A stretch of 64,000 nt of DNA from Alkalispirochaeta sp. (GCA_965601925.1 OZ271854.1:4704001-4768000), one strand, 5' to 3'; shown: positions 42,377-51,218, counted from the stretch's first letter. Numbers and translations are program-made. The notes: generated by a model not told the origin, from the letters alone.

Positions 42377-43275
42377 GTATGACGGTGTCGGACATCAAAA
42401 AAGTCATATCGATTGTCGAGACCAACGCCAACAGGCCCACAAGCAGTACGGGCATTCCGGGCGGGCTTTTGGACTACTCCGCGGACGAGCGGCCGGTCAT
42501 CGTTATCGGCGATCTCCACGGGGCGATCGACAATTTAAAGGCGATTATCGAGCACAACGACAATCGCACCAAGCTGGAGCGCGGCGATATACTCGTCGTT
42601 ATTCTCGGCGACGGCATCCACAACGATCAGACGGGCCAAATGCTGGAGATGGACTCGTCGCTGGAGGTCCTGGAGGAGGTCTTTCGCCTGATTTTGACGT
42701 ACGGCGAAAACGTCATCTACATCCGGGGCAACCACGACACGTTCGACGAGAACATCGCCAAGAGCGCCGTCAAACAGGGGCTCGAGTTTCGAAACTACCT
42801 GGCGGTTCATCGCGACGAGAAGTACATCGCGGCGGTCGACGAGTTCTTCGAGGCGCTGCCGATGTTTATCATCGGTAACGGCTACGTGATCACTCATGCG
42901 GGTCCGGTTCGTCACGGGTGTACCCGCCGGGAGCTCATCGACGTTAAAGACAATCCGGATTACTACCGCCAACTCATGTGGAACCGCCTGCACGAGTTTC
43001 GTGGGACACCGAGCCTTAAGGAGTACGGAGAACAAGACATCCAACGGATGCTGGAAAAACTGAACCTACCGACCGATACCCCGTTCATCGTCGGACACAA
43101 CCCCATGTGGCGATCGGGCAATGAGACGGGAATTTGGCGGGACATCATCGGGATTAAGAATCACATCATTCTCTATTCGAATCTGCAGACGCGCGGGCCG
43201 TATCTTGTGGTGGAGGGCGGACAGATTCACGAGTTCTATGCCGTGCCGGACACGCCGGAGAGGTTTTATGTCTGA
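42373..43275 (+). CDS. Calcineurin-like (PPP-type) metallophosphoesterase
   Basis: GDLHG, LGDGIH, RGNHD, THAG, LMWNR, VGH; ATGA-coupled to paralogue A. Confidence 0.88.
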   Translation: MSMTVSDIKKVISIVETNANRPTSSTGIPGGLLDYSADERPVIVIGDLHGAIDNLKAIIEHNDNRTKLERGDILVVILGDGIHNDQTGQMLEMDSSLEVLEEVFRLILTYGENVIYIRGNHDTFDENIAKSAVKQGLEFRNYLAVHRDEKYIAAVDEFFEALPMFIIGNGYVITHAGPVRHGCTRRELIDVKDNPDYYRQLMWNRLHEFRGTPSLKEYGEQDIQRMLEKLNLPTDTPFIVGHNPMWRSGNETGIWRDIIGIKNHIILYSNLQTRGPYLVVEGGQIHEFYAVPDTPERFYV

Positions 43276-44197
43276 AAAAAACAGTAACATGCTGATTGCC
43301 GATACCATTCACGATGAAGCGGTGCGACGCTATCTCTATCTCGATCTGTCCATTGACCAACTGATTACCAAGCTGAGCAGCGTAGAGCTGTCGGATATCG
43401 GGGACGAGCAACTCACCCCCTTCTTTGCCAAGGTGCGGGGCTACACGGGCGCACACGACGGCGACGGTGATCCGTGGCTCGTAAAGGAGATACCCGCCTC
43501 CGAGGGTCCGAGCCACAAGATCCAGGAGATCGCCTATTACGTGGATTTCCTGCTGAAAACGCCGGCGGCGCCGACCGTTCTCCTACGCCAGGACGGGAAG
43601 GTGTACCGGGCGACGAAGCTCATCACCAGCGCAATGCAGATCGGCAGCTACAACTACTTGGAGCAGCCGTTCATAAAGATGCTGGCCAACGACCTCCTGA
43701 ACCGCTGGCTCTTTTTCGACGAGGATCGCAACCCCAACAACTATCTGGTGAAACACGACACCGATGGAGAGCCGTACATCGTCGTCATCGATTATAACAA
43801 GGCCGACCTCGAGCACCCGGACATGAAGATCACCGGTACCGACGACCATTTCGGGTGGTATCGTGAAGAGAAGACGCGCTTTTTGACGCTCCTGAAACCC
43901 GAAAACTTTCAGGTGCTGAACATCGACGACTTTGAGGAGCGTCTCACACTCATGAAAGGACTCGAGGAGTCTACGCTGTTCGGAGTGTGCAAGAAGGTCT
44001 TCTCGGGCGACATATTCGACGATCCGGACGGTGTAGCGCACACCATTGCGTCGAATCTCGTCGGCCGCATCGCGTATCTCGACGGCTACTTTCGCACATG
44101 GTTCAAGGAACGAAACATATCCAAGGAAGAAGAGGTGGACGATCGCTACTCGGGACTCGGTCAATCGTTTCTTAACTACTACAAACGAAAGACGTAA
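43268..44197 (+). CDS. HipA/PI3-PI4-kinase-like atypical kinase
   Basis: WLVKE (ATP Lys), QEIAY (alphaC Glu), DEDRNPNNYL catalytic loop, VIDY Mg-binding loop; overlaps the phosphatase stop. Confidence 0.75.
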   Translation: MSEKNSNMLIADTIHDEAVRRYLYLDLSIDQLITKLSSVELSDIGDEQLTPFFAKVRGYTGAHDGDGDPWLVKEIPASEGPSHKIQEIAYYVDFLLKTPAAPTVLLRQDGKVYRATKLITSAMQIGSYNYLEQPFIKMLANDLLNRWLFFDEDRNPNNYLVKHDTDGEPYIVVIDYNKADLEHPDMKITGTDDHFGWYREEKTRFLTLLKPENFQVLNIDDFEERLTLMKGLEESTLFGVCKKVFSGDIFDDPDGVAHTIASNLVGRIAYLDGYFRTWFKERNISKEEEVDDRYSGLGQSFLNYYKRKT

Positions 44198-44217
44198 ATC
44201 GTGGGGACGGTGCCGGT

Positions 44218-46338
44218 ATGCCGCAATCGGGAGAGACCATAAACGGTTGCTATACGTTACAAGAAAAGGTGGGAGAAGATCGCTTCTTCTCCACGTGGCG
44301 CGCAACGGCTCTCTACTCGCCCAATAGCTTCTCTCTCACCTTTCTGACGTTTCCATACAAGAGTGTCCCGAAACGCGCATTCGATGAGTTCCGCCGTCTC
44401 TTTCTTTCGCTCTACACACTTCAGAACCCGTACGTTCTCACGCCGTTTGAGTATGACGAGTCGGGGGAGACGAAGTATCTCGCGTCGCACTGGATTAATG
44501 GTTATTCGCTTCGCGAGGCGATCGACAACGGTGACTTCTCCGAGAAGGACCAAGTTATCAACACCGCGATTCACATCCTCCGCGGTCTTGCAGAACTGGA
44601 GCGAATCGGTGTTCGACACGACGTACTCACGCCAAAATCACTGTTATTGAGCAGCTTGAACTCCGACTACGACGTTCCCAGAATACGCAACATCGGCTTC
44701 TCTCTGTTCATCGACGCGTTGGGAGCCGCTGCGGAGTACCGCGATCTGCCGCGCTATCGCACCGAATCACTGAGGGAGGAGACGCACGAGCGAGATCTCT
44801 ATGCGGCCGGGGCGATCATCACCGAACTCGTGTCGGCCGTAGACACCGCCGATCTCTCGACCTTGGCCGACATCGGTCGCGCATTCTGCGCCGACACGGC
44901 CTCGTTTACCTCGGTCAACGACGCATTGGCGTACTTCCTAACGCAATACCCTGAAAAGCGAACCGTCGACTTGATTCAAGAGCACGTCGCGGATGTCCAG
45001 ATCGACGACACGATGAGCCGGGACCTCTACCGCAGTATCGAAGCGCGCTACCTGGCGACCAAGGAGTCCGCGGAGGAAGGGAGCTTCCGCGCCGCTTTTG
45101 CGGAGTCGCCTCCTCCGCGGCGCTCGGCTCGTGGGAGGGCTGCCGGGAGTGCTCCATCGGGTGACGCCGCCTACGAAGAGCCACCTGAGGACGCACGCGC
45201 CGAAGATGACGACGAGATTGCCGAACTCCTTCCCGTCGATCCCGACGGTGTCGAGGAGGCTCCCAAGGGATTTCTGGCGCGAGCGGTCTCGGCGGTACGC
45301 CGTCTCTTTGCGCGCCGCTCCAACAAACACGCCGCGCCTCAGGACGAGACGGCGAGCGAAGCGCCCGTCGCCGATACCGGACCCCCGGGCGGCGGCGACT
45401 CAGGTGAAGCGTCGCCGACGCCGAACGACGCCGCGCTCGAAGGTTTCCGCAAGGGTGCGCCGTCGGACCCCGCGCCGGTGTTGTCGCATCCCGAGTCCCA
45501 CGAACCCCAAGAGGTCGATACCTCGCGCATATTCGAGATATTCCGACAACTCAAGGAGCACTTCATACGTACGATTCGTCCCGAGGAACACCGCCTCCGA
45601 CTCGACCACGGCGGATCGCGGCCGCAAAAACGATCGCCGTGGCACGGTGCCCTCAGGGCACGTTCGGGATCTGCGGAAGAGGCCCTCGATACATCGGCCG
45701 AGCGGCAAGCCGCTCCCAAATCGAAAAAAACCCGGTCTCGCACCGCCGCCGGCGAAGCGGGTCCCTCGGTGGATACCGGAGAGCATGAGAATGCCGCTCC
45801 GTGGAGCGTTACGCGGGACACCGAAGGAGAGGGAAAGGATTACGACTTCAAGCCGGGCCCGGACTACGCGCCGGGTGAGCGTCGCGGTTTGGATGATGAG
45901 ATCGGAGAGCCGGGGGATATCGACTTCGGTTCGAGCGCGCTACGGACCGATCGCGAGGCGCCGACCGACTCCGAGGGAGACGATGAGGCGTTACACGACG
46001 ACATCCGTCGAGGGCAAACCGCAACGCGACACGACGCGCTCGACGACGACGCGGCCGCACCGGATCAGGCTACAGCGAGCGCGACTCCGGTCGATAGTGC
46101 CGCCGCCGAGCGGCCCGACGCCGACCGTGTAGGGCCGGACACCGATGGTGGAGACGGTTCCCGCCGCAAGAGACGGCGCCGCGCCGCCGAGGCCGCCCCG
46201 ACTCAAGGGAGTCATGGAATGCAAAACGGTGGCCGGGAGGCGTCGGAACGTCGCCCTAAATGGTTTTGGCGTCTTGTTGCACGAGCGCAATCGATCGTGC
46301 GCCGCCTCGGAGATACGATCTTCCGACGGGAACAGTGA
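44218..46338 (+). CDS. Hanks-type Ser/Thr pseudokinase with long disordered C-terminal tail
   Basis: GETINGCYTLQEKVG, QNPYV, G.SLRE, ILRGLA, RHDVLTPKSLLL, IRNIG; catalytic K, HRD and DFG are all substituted. Confidence 0.72.
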   Translation: MPQSGETINGCYTLQEKVGEDRFFSTWRATALYSPNSFSLTFLTFPYKSVPKRAFDEFRRLFLSLYTLQNPYVLTPFEYDESGETKYLASHWINGYSLREAIDNGDFSEKDQVINTAIHILRGLAELERIGVRHDVLTPKSLLLSSLNSDYDVPRIRNIGFSLFIDALGAAAEYRDLPRYRTESLREETHERDLYAAGAIITELVSAVDTADLSTLADIGRAFCADTASFTSVNDALAYFLTQYPEKRTVDLIQEHVADVQIDDTMSRDLYRSIEARYLATKESAEEGSFRAAFAESPPPRRSARGRAAGSAPSGDAAYEEPPEDARAEDDDEIAELLPVDPDGVEEAPKGFLARAVSAVRRLFARRSNKHAAPQDETASEAPVADTGPPGGGDSGEASPTPNDAALEGFRKGAPSDPAPVLSHPESHEPQEVDTSRIFEIFRQLKEHFIRTIRPEEHRLRLDHGGSRPQKRSPWHGALRARSGSAEEALDTSAERQAAPKSKKTRSRTAAGEAGPSVDTGEHENAAPWSVTRDTEGEGKDYDFKPGPDYAPGERRGLDDEIGEPGDIDFGSSALRTDREAPTDSEGDDEALHDDIRRGQTATRHDALDDDAAAPDQATASATPVDSAAAERPDADRVGPDTDGGDGSRRKRRRRAAEAAPTQGSHGMQNGGREASERRPKWFWRLVARAQSIVRRLGDTIFRREQ

Positions 46339-46342
46339 TACC

Positions 46343-46377
46343 AAAAAAAATCGTCCCGCATGGGATATGCGGAACGA
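46343..46377 (-). terminator. Terminator of the three-paralogue operon, between convergent units
   Basis: - strand TCGTTCCGCAT-atccc-ATGCGGGACGA followed by T8. Confidence 0.82.
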
Positions 46378-46403
46378 CATCGATTTCATCGTTACGATTG
46401 CGG

Positions 46404-47090
46404 TCAGGCCGTCGCAGGGGCAATCTCCAGCTTCGTATAATCCTCGATTTGCAGCAGGAGATCGGGAATCGCCTCGTTAAGGGATTTGTTCATATCCAAA
46501 AACTTTCCGCGAATGTTGTTGGCCTGAATGGCAACCGCCATCACCTCTTCCTCTTCGTCAGGGCGACCGGGATCTACAAGAGCAGCAACTTTATCCAATA
46601 TATCTAAAATACTGGCGTTGAGTGGGAATCGCTGATCCTGTTTCTCATCCAGGTGTTTGCCCATATTGTTGATATCGGTCGTCGTCAACGGATAGACGCG
46701 ATATCCCTCGACCGAGTTCTCATAGGTGACTTTGAGAATACCCAGATAGGCCAACAAACTCTTTGGATAGATTCCCCCCCGATAGGCTTGGTCCAGCGCC
46801 CGGAAACACTCCTTGAGAATGAAGTAGTTCGGCTGCACGGCGTTGAAGTACGTCTCCGGTTGCGCGTCACCGAGCAGCGCATCGGTCACCCAGTGGTTTC
46901 GCAAGCTGATAAGCTTCAGGAAGATCGGATAGTTGTCGGGATTGACGCCGACCTTTTGCAGGTAACCGGCGTATGCGATCGCCGCACCGACACCTATGGG
47001 ATCATCCACTCGAAGAATGCTGGTGAGGAAGGACAGCTCGAGCTTATCGAGATCTTCCTGGCCCCAACCGTTTTCTTCCCATCGTTTCAC
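46404..47090 (-). CDS. Unknown-family protein, paralogue D
   Basis: AAGGAGG SD then GTG 47090; shared motifs NYPIFL, NHWV.D, GGIYPK, DINNMGKHL, ILDILD. Confidence 0.85.
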   Translation of the reverse strand: MKRWEENGWGQEDLDKLELSFLTSILRVDDPIGVGAAIAYAGYLQKVGVNPDNYPIFLKLISLRNHWVTDALLGDAQPETYFNAVQPNYFILKECFRALDQAYRGGIYPKSLLAYLGILKVTYENSVEGYRVYPLTTTDINNMGKHLDEKQDQRFPLNASILDILDKVAALVDPGRPDEEEEVMAVAIQANNIRGKFLDMNKSLNEAIPDLLLQIEDYTKLEIAPATA

Positions 47091-47112
47091 TGACACCCTC
47101 CTTTGTTGAGAT

Positions 47113-47143
47113 CCGATGGGAGGAGAGCACGCCCTCCCATCGG
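47113..47143. other. Perfect 11-bp intergenic hairpin inside the paralogue operon
   Basis: CCGATGGGAGG-N9-CCTCCCATCGG with no U-tract. Confidence 0.7.
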
Positions 47144-47170
47144 CATTCATGCGGAACGGTCACGCAACGA

Positions 47171-47953
47171 CTACGTCTCTCCGTTCTTGGGCGCCTCTTT
47201 TGCGGCCGCCTTGGCGGCGGGCTTGGCCTGCTTGGGGGTCGACGCGGGCTTCTCAACTTCGGCGAGGGGCTTTCGATTCCTGGGATCCATCTCGGGATCC
47301 AGTTTTACCTCGGTCCGCAGGAGAACGGTCGGAATAACCTGGCGCAGACTCTTGGTGGAGTCGAAGAAGTTGTTCCGAATGTTATGGGCGTGGACCGCCA
47401 GGTCCTCCATCTCCTCGTCCCTGTTCTGGCCCTCCAGCTCGGAGAGCTTGTCGAGGATATCCAGGATACTGCGGTTGAGGAGGTCGTCCTGTCCCTTTTC
47501 CTCGATCAGGTGCTTTCCGAGACTGTTCACATCGGCGATCGTCGGCGCGTAGATGTTGTACCCGTCGAGAGGATTGTTGTACGTCGCCTGAAAAACACCC
47601 AGAATAATTCCCAAAGTCTTCGAGTAGATCTCAGCGGGATGGTATTTCGCCAGAAAGCTAAAGCACGTAGCGACAATAAAATAGTTCGGCTGGATCGAGC
47701 TCATGAACAGGAAGGGGTCGCGCGTTCCCAAGAGAGAATCGATCACGTGATGGTTGCGCACGCCAAGCACCTTCAGAAAGACCGGGTAATTACTGCTCGT
47801 GATCCCGATGCTATTGAGGTAGTTGGCGTACATCATCGCCGCCTCGACGGCCTCCTGTGTTCGTACACCCATCAGCCCCTGAAGCAGACTGTATTCGATG
47901 CTCGCGATCTCCGATTGCGACCATGTTTCTCGTTTCTCAAACAGTTCTTTCAT
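47171..47953 (-). CDS. Unknown-family protein, paralogue C, with K/A/P-rich tail
   Basis: Shared family motifs; start is ATG 47953 or GTG 47971. Confidence 0.85.
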   Translation of the reverse strand: MKELFEKRETWSQSEIASIEYSLLQGLMGVRTQEAVEAAMMYANYLNSIGITSSNYPVFLKVLGVRNHHVIDSLLGTRDPFLFMSSIQPNYFIVATCFSFLAKYHPAEIYSKTLGIILGVFQATYNNPLDGYNIYAPTIADVNSLGKHLIEEKGQDDLLNRSILDILDKLSELEGQNRDEEMEDLAVHAHNIRNNFFDSTKSLRQVIPTVLLRTEVKLDPEMDPRNRKPLAEVEKPASTPKQAKPAAKAAAKEAPKNGET

Positions 47954-47979
47954 CGTGACGTATCCTTTCACTCAATCCT

Positions 47980-48675
47980 TTAGGCAAAGAGCATATCGGG
48001 GGCTACTTCTTTGGCGATGTAGTCCGACTTGACCAACAAGACCTGCGGAATGATCTCTTCCATCTTCTTTCGCTTGTCGAAGAAGAACGTCCGAATGCTA
48101 TTTGCCTGGCGAGCCATCTGCTCGATTTCGGGATTCTCCGTCGTACCGGCCAGCGATCCGAGACGATCCAGAATGTCGAGAATAACGCGATTATTCGGAT
48201 CGTCCTGCCCCAACTCCTTGTTCAAGTGCTTGCCCAGATTATTGACATCGTTAATGCTCACGGCATAAATTCTATAACCGTCTTTCGGCGAGCTGAACGC
48301 AGCCTGCAGCACACCCAGGATGATGGCGAGGGTCTTCGGGTAGATTCCGCCCGGGTGCCAATTCGTGAGTAGCTTGTACGCACTCAGAATGAGATAGTTG
48401 TTCGGATGGATCGAGCTCAAGAGCAGGAACGGGTCCTTTTCGCCGATAAGCGAGTCGATAACCCAGTGGTTTTCCACCTCGAGTAACCGAAGAAAGAGCG
48501 GGTAATTGAAGGCGGTCAACCCTGACATACGGAGAAATCTCGCGTAGCTGATGGATGCTCCTACGGCCTCGACCGTGCGACACCCTATCATGCGCTCGAT
48601 AATGTTGATTTCTACGTCCATTATCGATTCACGAGTCCAAGCGTCCTCGATCACTTTTTCCTGTTGTTCGTCCAT
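47980..48675 (-). CDS. Unknown-family protein, paralogue B
   Basis: Strong SD AAGGAGGA; shared family motifs. Confidence 0.87.
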   Translation of the reverse strand: MDEQQEKVIEDAWTRESIMDVEINIIERMIGCRTVEAVGASISYARFLRMSGLTAFNYPLFLRLLEVENHWVIDSLIGEKDPFLLLSSIHPNNYLILSAYKLLTNWHPGGIYPKTLAIILGVLQAAFSSPKDGYRIYAVSINDVNNLGKHLNKELGQDDPNNRVILDILDRLGSLAGTTENPEIEQMARQANSIRTFFFDKRKKMEEIIPQVLLVKSDYIAKEVAPDMLFA

Positions 48676-48733
48676 TCATTCCTCCTTGTGGTATACATTT
48701 GACCGAACAAAGAAACTCAACCTCACGAAAAAA

Positions 48734-48762
48734 AGTCTCGAAGGCGCGATACCGTTTGTCAA
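48734..48762 (-). promoter_or_regulatory. Sigma70 promoter for the paralogue B-C-D operon
   Basis: - strand TTGACA-N17-GAGACT, about 60 nt upstream of the start. Confidence 0.6.
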
Positions 48763-48963
48763 GGCTGGGAGGAATGTTTGTCGTATTTCGACTACGTCAC
48801 CCGTGATAGACGGCGTGGACCTTTACAAAATACGAGATAATCGAGGTCCAATTCGTCGATACGCTCTGCAGACGGCGTCAGAACGAGATTATCGCCCGTA
48901 CACGGGAGGCATTCGCCGCCGCGATCGTGCAGTCCCTACGGTTTTGAGACGACCGCCGGTACT

Positions 48964-49158
48964 ATGGAAAGGAGCGCGCGCGCCATGAATCGGGAGATCA
49001 TTACAGAAGCCCTCAAAGCGGCCAAAGGCGGCGACCAAGAGACCATCGAACGGATTGTTTCGGATGGATTTTCCGTTAACCGGACGGACGAGCATGGATT
49101 CACCCTGCTGATGGAGGCGGCAGCGTCCGGGGTTCGGATTACGCGGGTGTCCCCATGA
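48964..49158 (+). pseudogene. Truncated ankyrin-repeat gene fragment
   Basis: ALKAAKGGDQETIERIVSDGFSVNRTDEHGFTLLMEAAASG is about 1.3 ankyrin repeats, then the frame runs into the yjbQ 3' end. Confidence 0.6.
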
Positions 49159-49567
49159 CGGTTACCGCTATTCTGCGGCTTCCGCCGGAGTTGCGAAACT
49201 CGCAGAGATAAATCCCCTGCCATGTACCCAACAGGAACCGTCCGTCGCGCACCGGGATCGTTACGCTATTTCCGGTCAACGTAGCTTTGGCGTGGGCCGG
49301 CATATCGTCGAGCCCTTCGATCGTATGTACGTAGTCGGGACTCCCCTCGGGTACGAGAGCGTCGAATATCGTCGCCATGTCGATCCGCACGTCGGGGTCG
49401 GCGTTTTCGTTCAGGCTCAGTCCGGCGCTCGTATGGAGTATCATGACGTGCGCGAGTCCCTGCTCAACCGCGGCGAGTTCCGGTAGGGCCGATTCTATGT
49501 CACGTGTAACGAGATGAAATCCTCGTTCCCGTGGTCGCAACGAGAGCACACGTTGAATGCAAATCAT
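49139..49567 (-). CDS. yjbQ: YjbQ/UPF0047 family protein
   Basis: HTSAGL..NENADPDV, DDMPAH, LGTWQGIYLCEF. Confidence 0.92.
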   Translation of the reverse strand: MICIQRVLSLRPRERGFHLVTRDIESALPELAAVEQGLAHVMILHTSAGLSLNENADPDVRIDMATIFDALVPEGSPDYVHTIEGLDDMPAHAKATLTGNSVTIPVRDGRFLLGTWQGIYLCEFRNSGGSRRIAVTVMGTPA

Positions 49568-49639
49568 TCCACATTCTAACGATATTTTCACATATATTGT
49601 CTATCTGATCTGTAAAGAAAGTGGGAGGGGTGTCCGACG

Positions 49640-50719
49640 ATGATGACGGTTGCGCTGTCTTGCACGGGTGAAGGGTTCGGCCACGCGGCGCGTTCGGTAG
49701 CGATCGCTCACGTGCTCAGGTCCAACTATCGAGTCGTAATTTACTGCCCGCCCCATCTGTTTCCGTTCATGAGGGAAAATCTCGGGCACATCGACCTCGA
49801 GCCGATTCCCTATTTCTCTTTCGTTAAGCAACGGGAGCGGATAGATTATGCCAGAACGACGCTCCGCAACCTTCCCACGGCACTCAACTTTCCGATCTCG
49901 ATCTCGCGGATCTCACGATCGCTGAAGCGCCGAAAGGTGAAGGCGCTAATCTCCGATTACGATCCCTTCGGCGCATACGCCGCCGATCGCCTCGGCATGC
50001 CGATTCTCCAGATCAACCATCCGGCGGTCGTCCTCAGGCAGCGGGAGTTCTCTCTGGAGTCGTGGCTTGCGCGGATCATCTCAATGCTTCTGATGGGGAA
50101 ATATCATCGAAAGCTGGTAGTGTCTTTTTACGACGGCGACCTCGGACCGGTGGTACGCCCGAGTCTGGCGCAACAAGAGTCCTCACGCGAAGATTTTTTC
50201 GTGGTCTATCTCAAGCCGAGTTATCGCAAGATCATGCTCCGAGCGCTGAAAAAACTCTCGATCCACAACGTGCAAGTATTTCCCGATCCGCGGAAAAACA
50301 TCGTCGATTACCTCGCCCGCTGCAAAGGTGTCATATCCAGCGCAGGACACCAATTCATGACCGAGGCGATGGTACTCAAGAAACCGGTATTCGTCGTGCC
50401 GCAGACCGGTCAATATGAACAGCTGCTCAACGCCCGGATGCTGGAAGACTCCGGATGGGGAACGTGGGCGCGCGTGGAGGAGTTGGAGACGAAGCTACAG
50501 GAGTTCGTGTGCAACATCGATCGGTATCCGTTGCCGCCTCGCAACCCGACGGTACGTTATCGCTTCTCCAACGACCTGCCCAAGGCGGTCGAACGGATCG
50601 AGCGATTTCTCTTGGACGTGAAGGCCGAGCGCGTACGACCGCGTCGGATCATCGACCGCATCGCCCTTGCGTATCCGGCGGCAAGGGAGCGCGAGCGTTT
50701 CAGACTCCCAGTCGCGTGA
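49640..50719 (+). CDS. GT-B glycosyltransferase (MJ1255-like)
   Basis: GEGFGHAARS, ISDYDP, SSAGHQFMTEA, VPQTGQYEQ..NA. Confidence 0.85.
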   Translation: MMTVALSCTGEGFGHAARSVAIAHVLRSNYRVVIYCPPHLFPFMRENLGHIDLEPIPYFSFVKQRERIDYARTTLRNLPTALNFPISISRISRSLKRRKVKALISDYDPFGAYAADRLGMPILQINHPAVVLRQREFSLESWLARIISMLLMGKYHRKLVVSFYDGDLGPVVRPSLAQQESSREDFFVVYLKPSYRKIMLRALKKLSIHNVQVFPDPRKNIVDYLARCKGVISSAGHQFMTEAMVLKKPVFVVPQTGQYEQLLNARMLEDSGWGTWARVEELETKLQEFVCNIDRYPLPPRNPTVRYRFSNDLPKAVERIERFLLDVKAERVRPRRIIDRIALAYPAARERERFRLPVA

Positions 50720-51218
50720 CGACGAGCTCGACGATCTCATCCGGACGATACCGCTCGGTATCGATCGTCATATCGGCAAAGTCGTGCACATCGATATCGA
50801 TATCGTATAGACGAAGATAGCGGGCGCGGTCCCGCCGGTCGCGCTCGTCGGTCGCTGCAAGAACGGCGTCGAAGTCGCCGCCCTCGCGCGTGCGGATGCG
50901 CTCGGCTCGGACTGCACTGGAGGCGGTGAGGTAGACCGTAAGATCGGCCTCCGAGAGGAGCCAAATAGCAAGTCTCGAGCCGAGCACGCAACTCTCCTCG
51001 CGAGCCAACTCGACTTGTTTCTTGTCGAGATAGCGATCCCATGAGTCATCCTCTTCCGCCATGCGGCACATTTGCTCGAACGTGATGCCCTTCTCCTCGG
51101 CAATGGAGTGAAATGTGTAGTTTATAAGACGGATACCCAGTCGCTGCGCGAGATTTCGGCTGACGGTGCTGTTACCGCACCCGCTCTTACCCGATATTGC
51201 GATGCGCAGTTCAGTCAT
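50700..51218 (-). CDS. cmk: Cytidylate kinase (archaeal-like short type)
   Basis: IAISGKSGCGNST, GSRLAIW, RD..RY..LY.ID. Confidence 0.88.
   Translation of the reverse strand: MTELRIAISGKSGCGNSTVSRNLAQRLGIRLINYTFHSIAEEKGITFEQMCRMAEEDDSWDRYLDKKQVELAREESCVLGSRLAIWLLSEADLTVYLTASSAVRAERIRTREGGDFDAVLAATDERDRRDRARYLRLYDIDIDVHDFADMTIDTERYRPDEIVELVVTRLGV

Noticed and set aside
39066..48762. Novel locus as a prophage or mobile island
   Set aside because: No integrase, transposase, phage structural genes or flanking direct repeats are visible; any compositional shift was not quantified.
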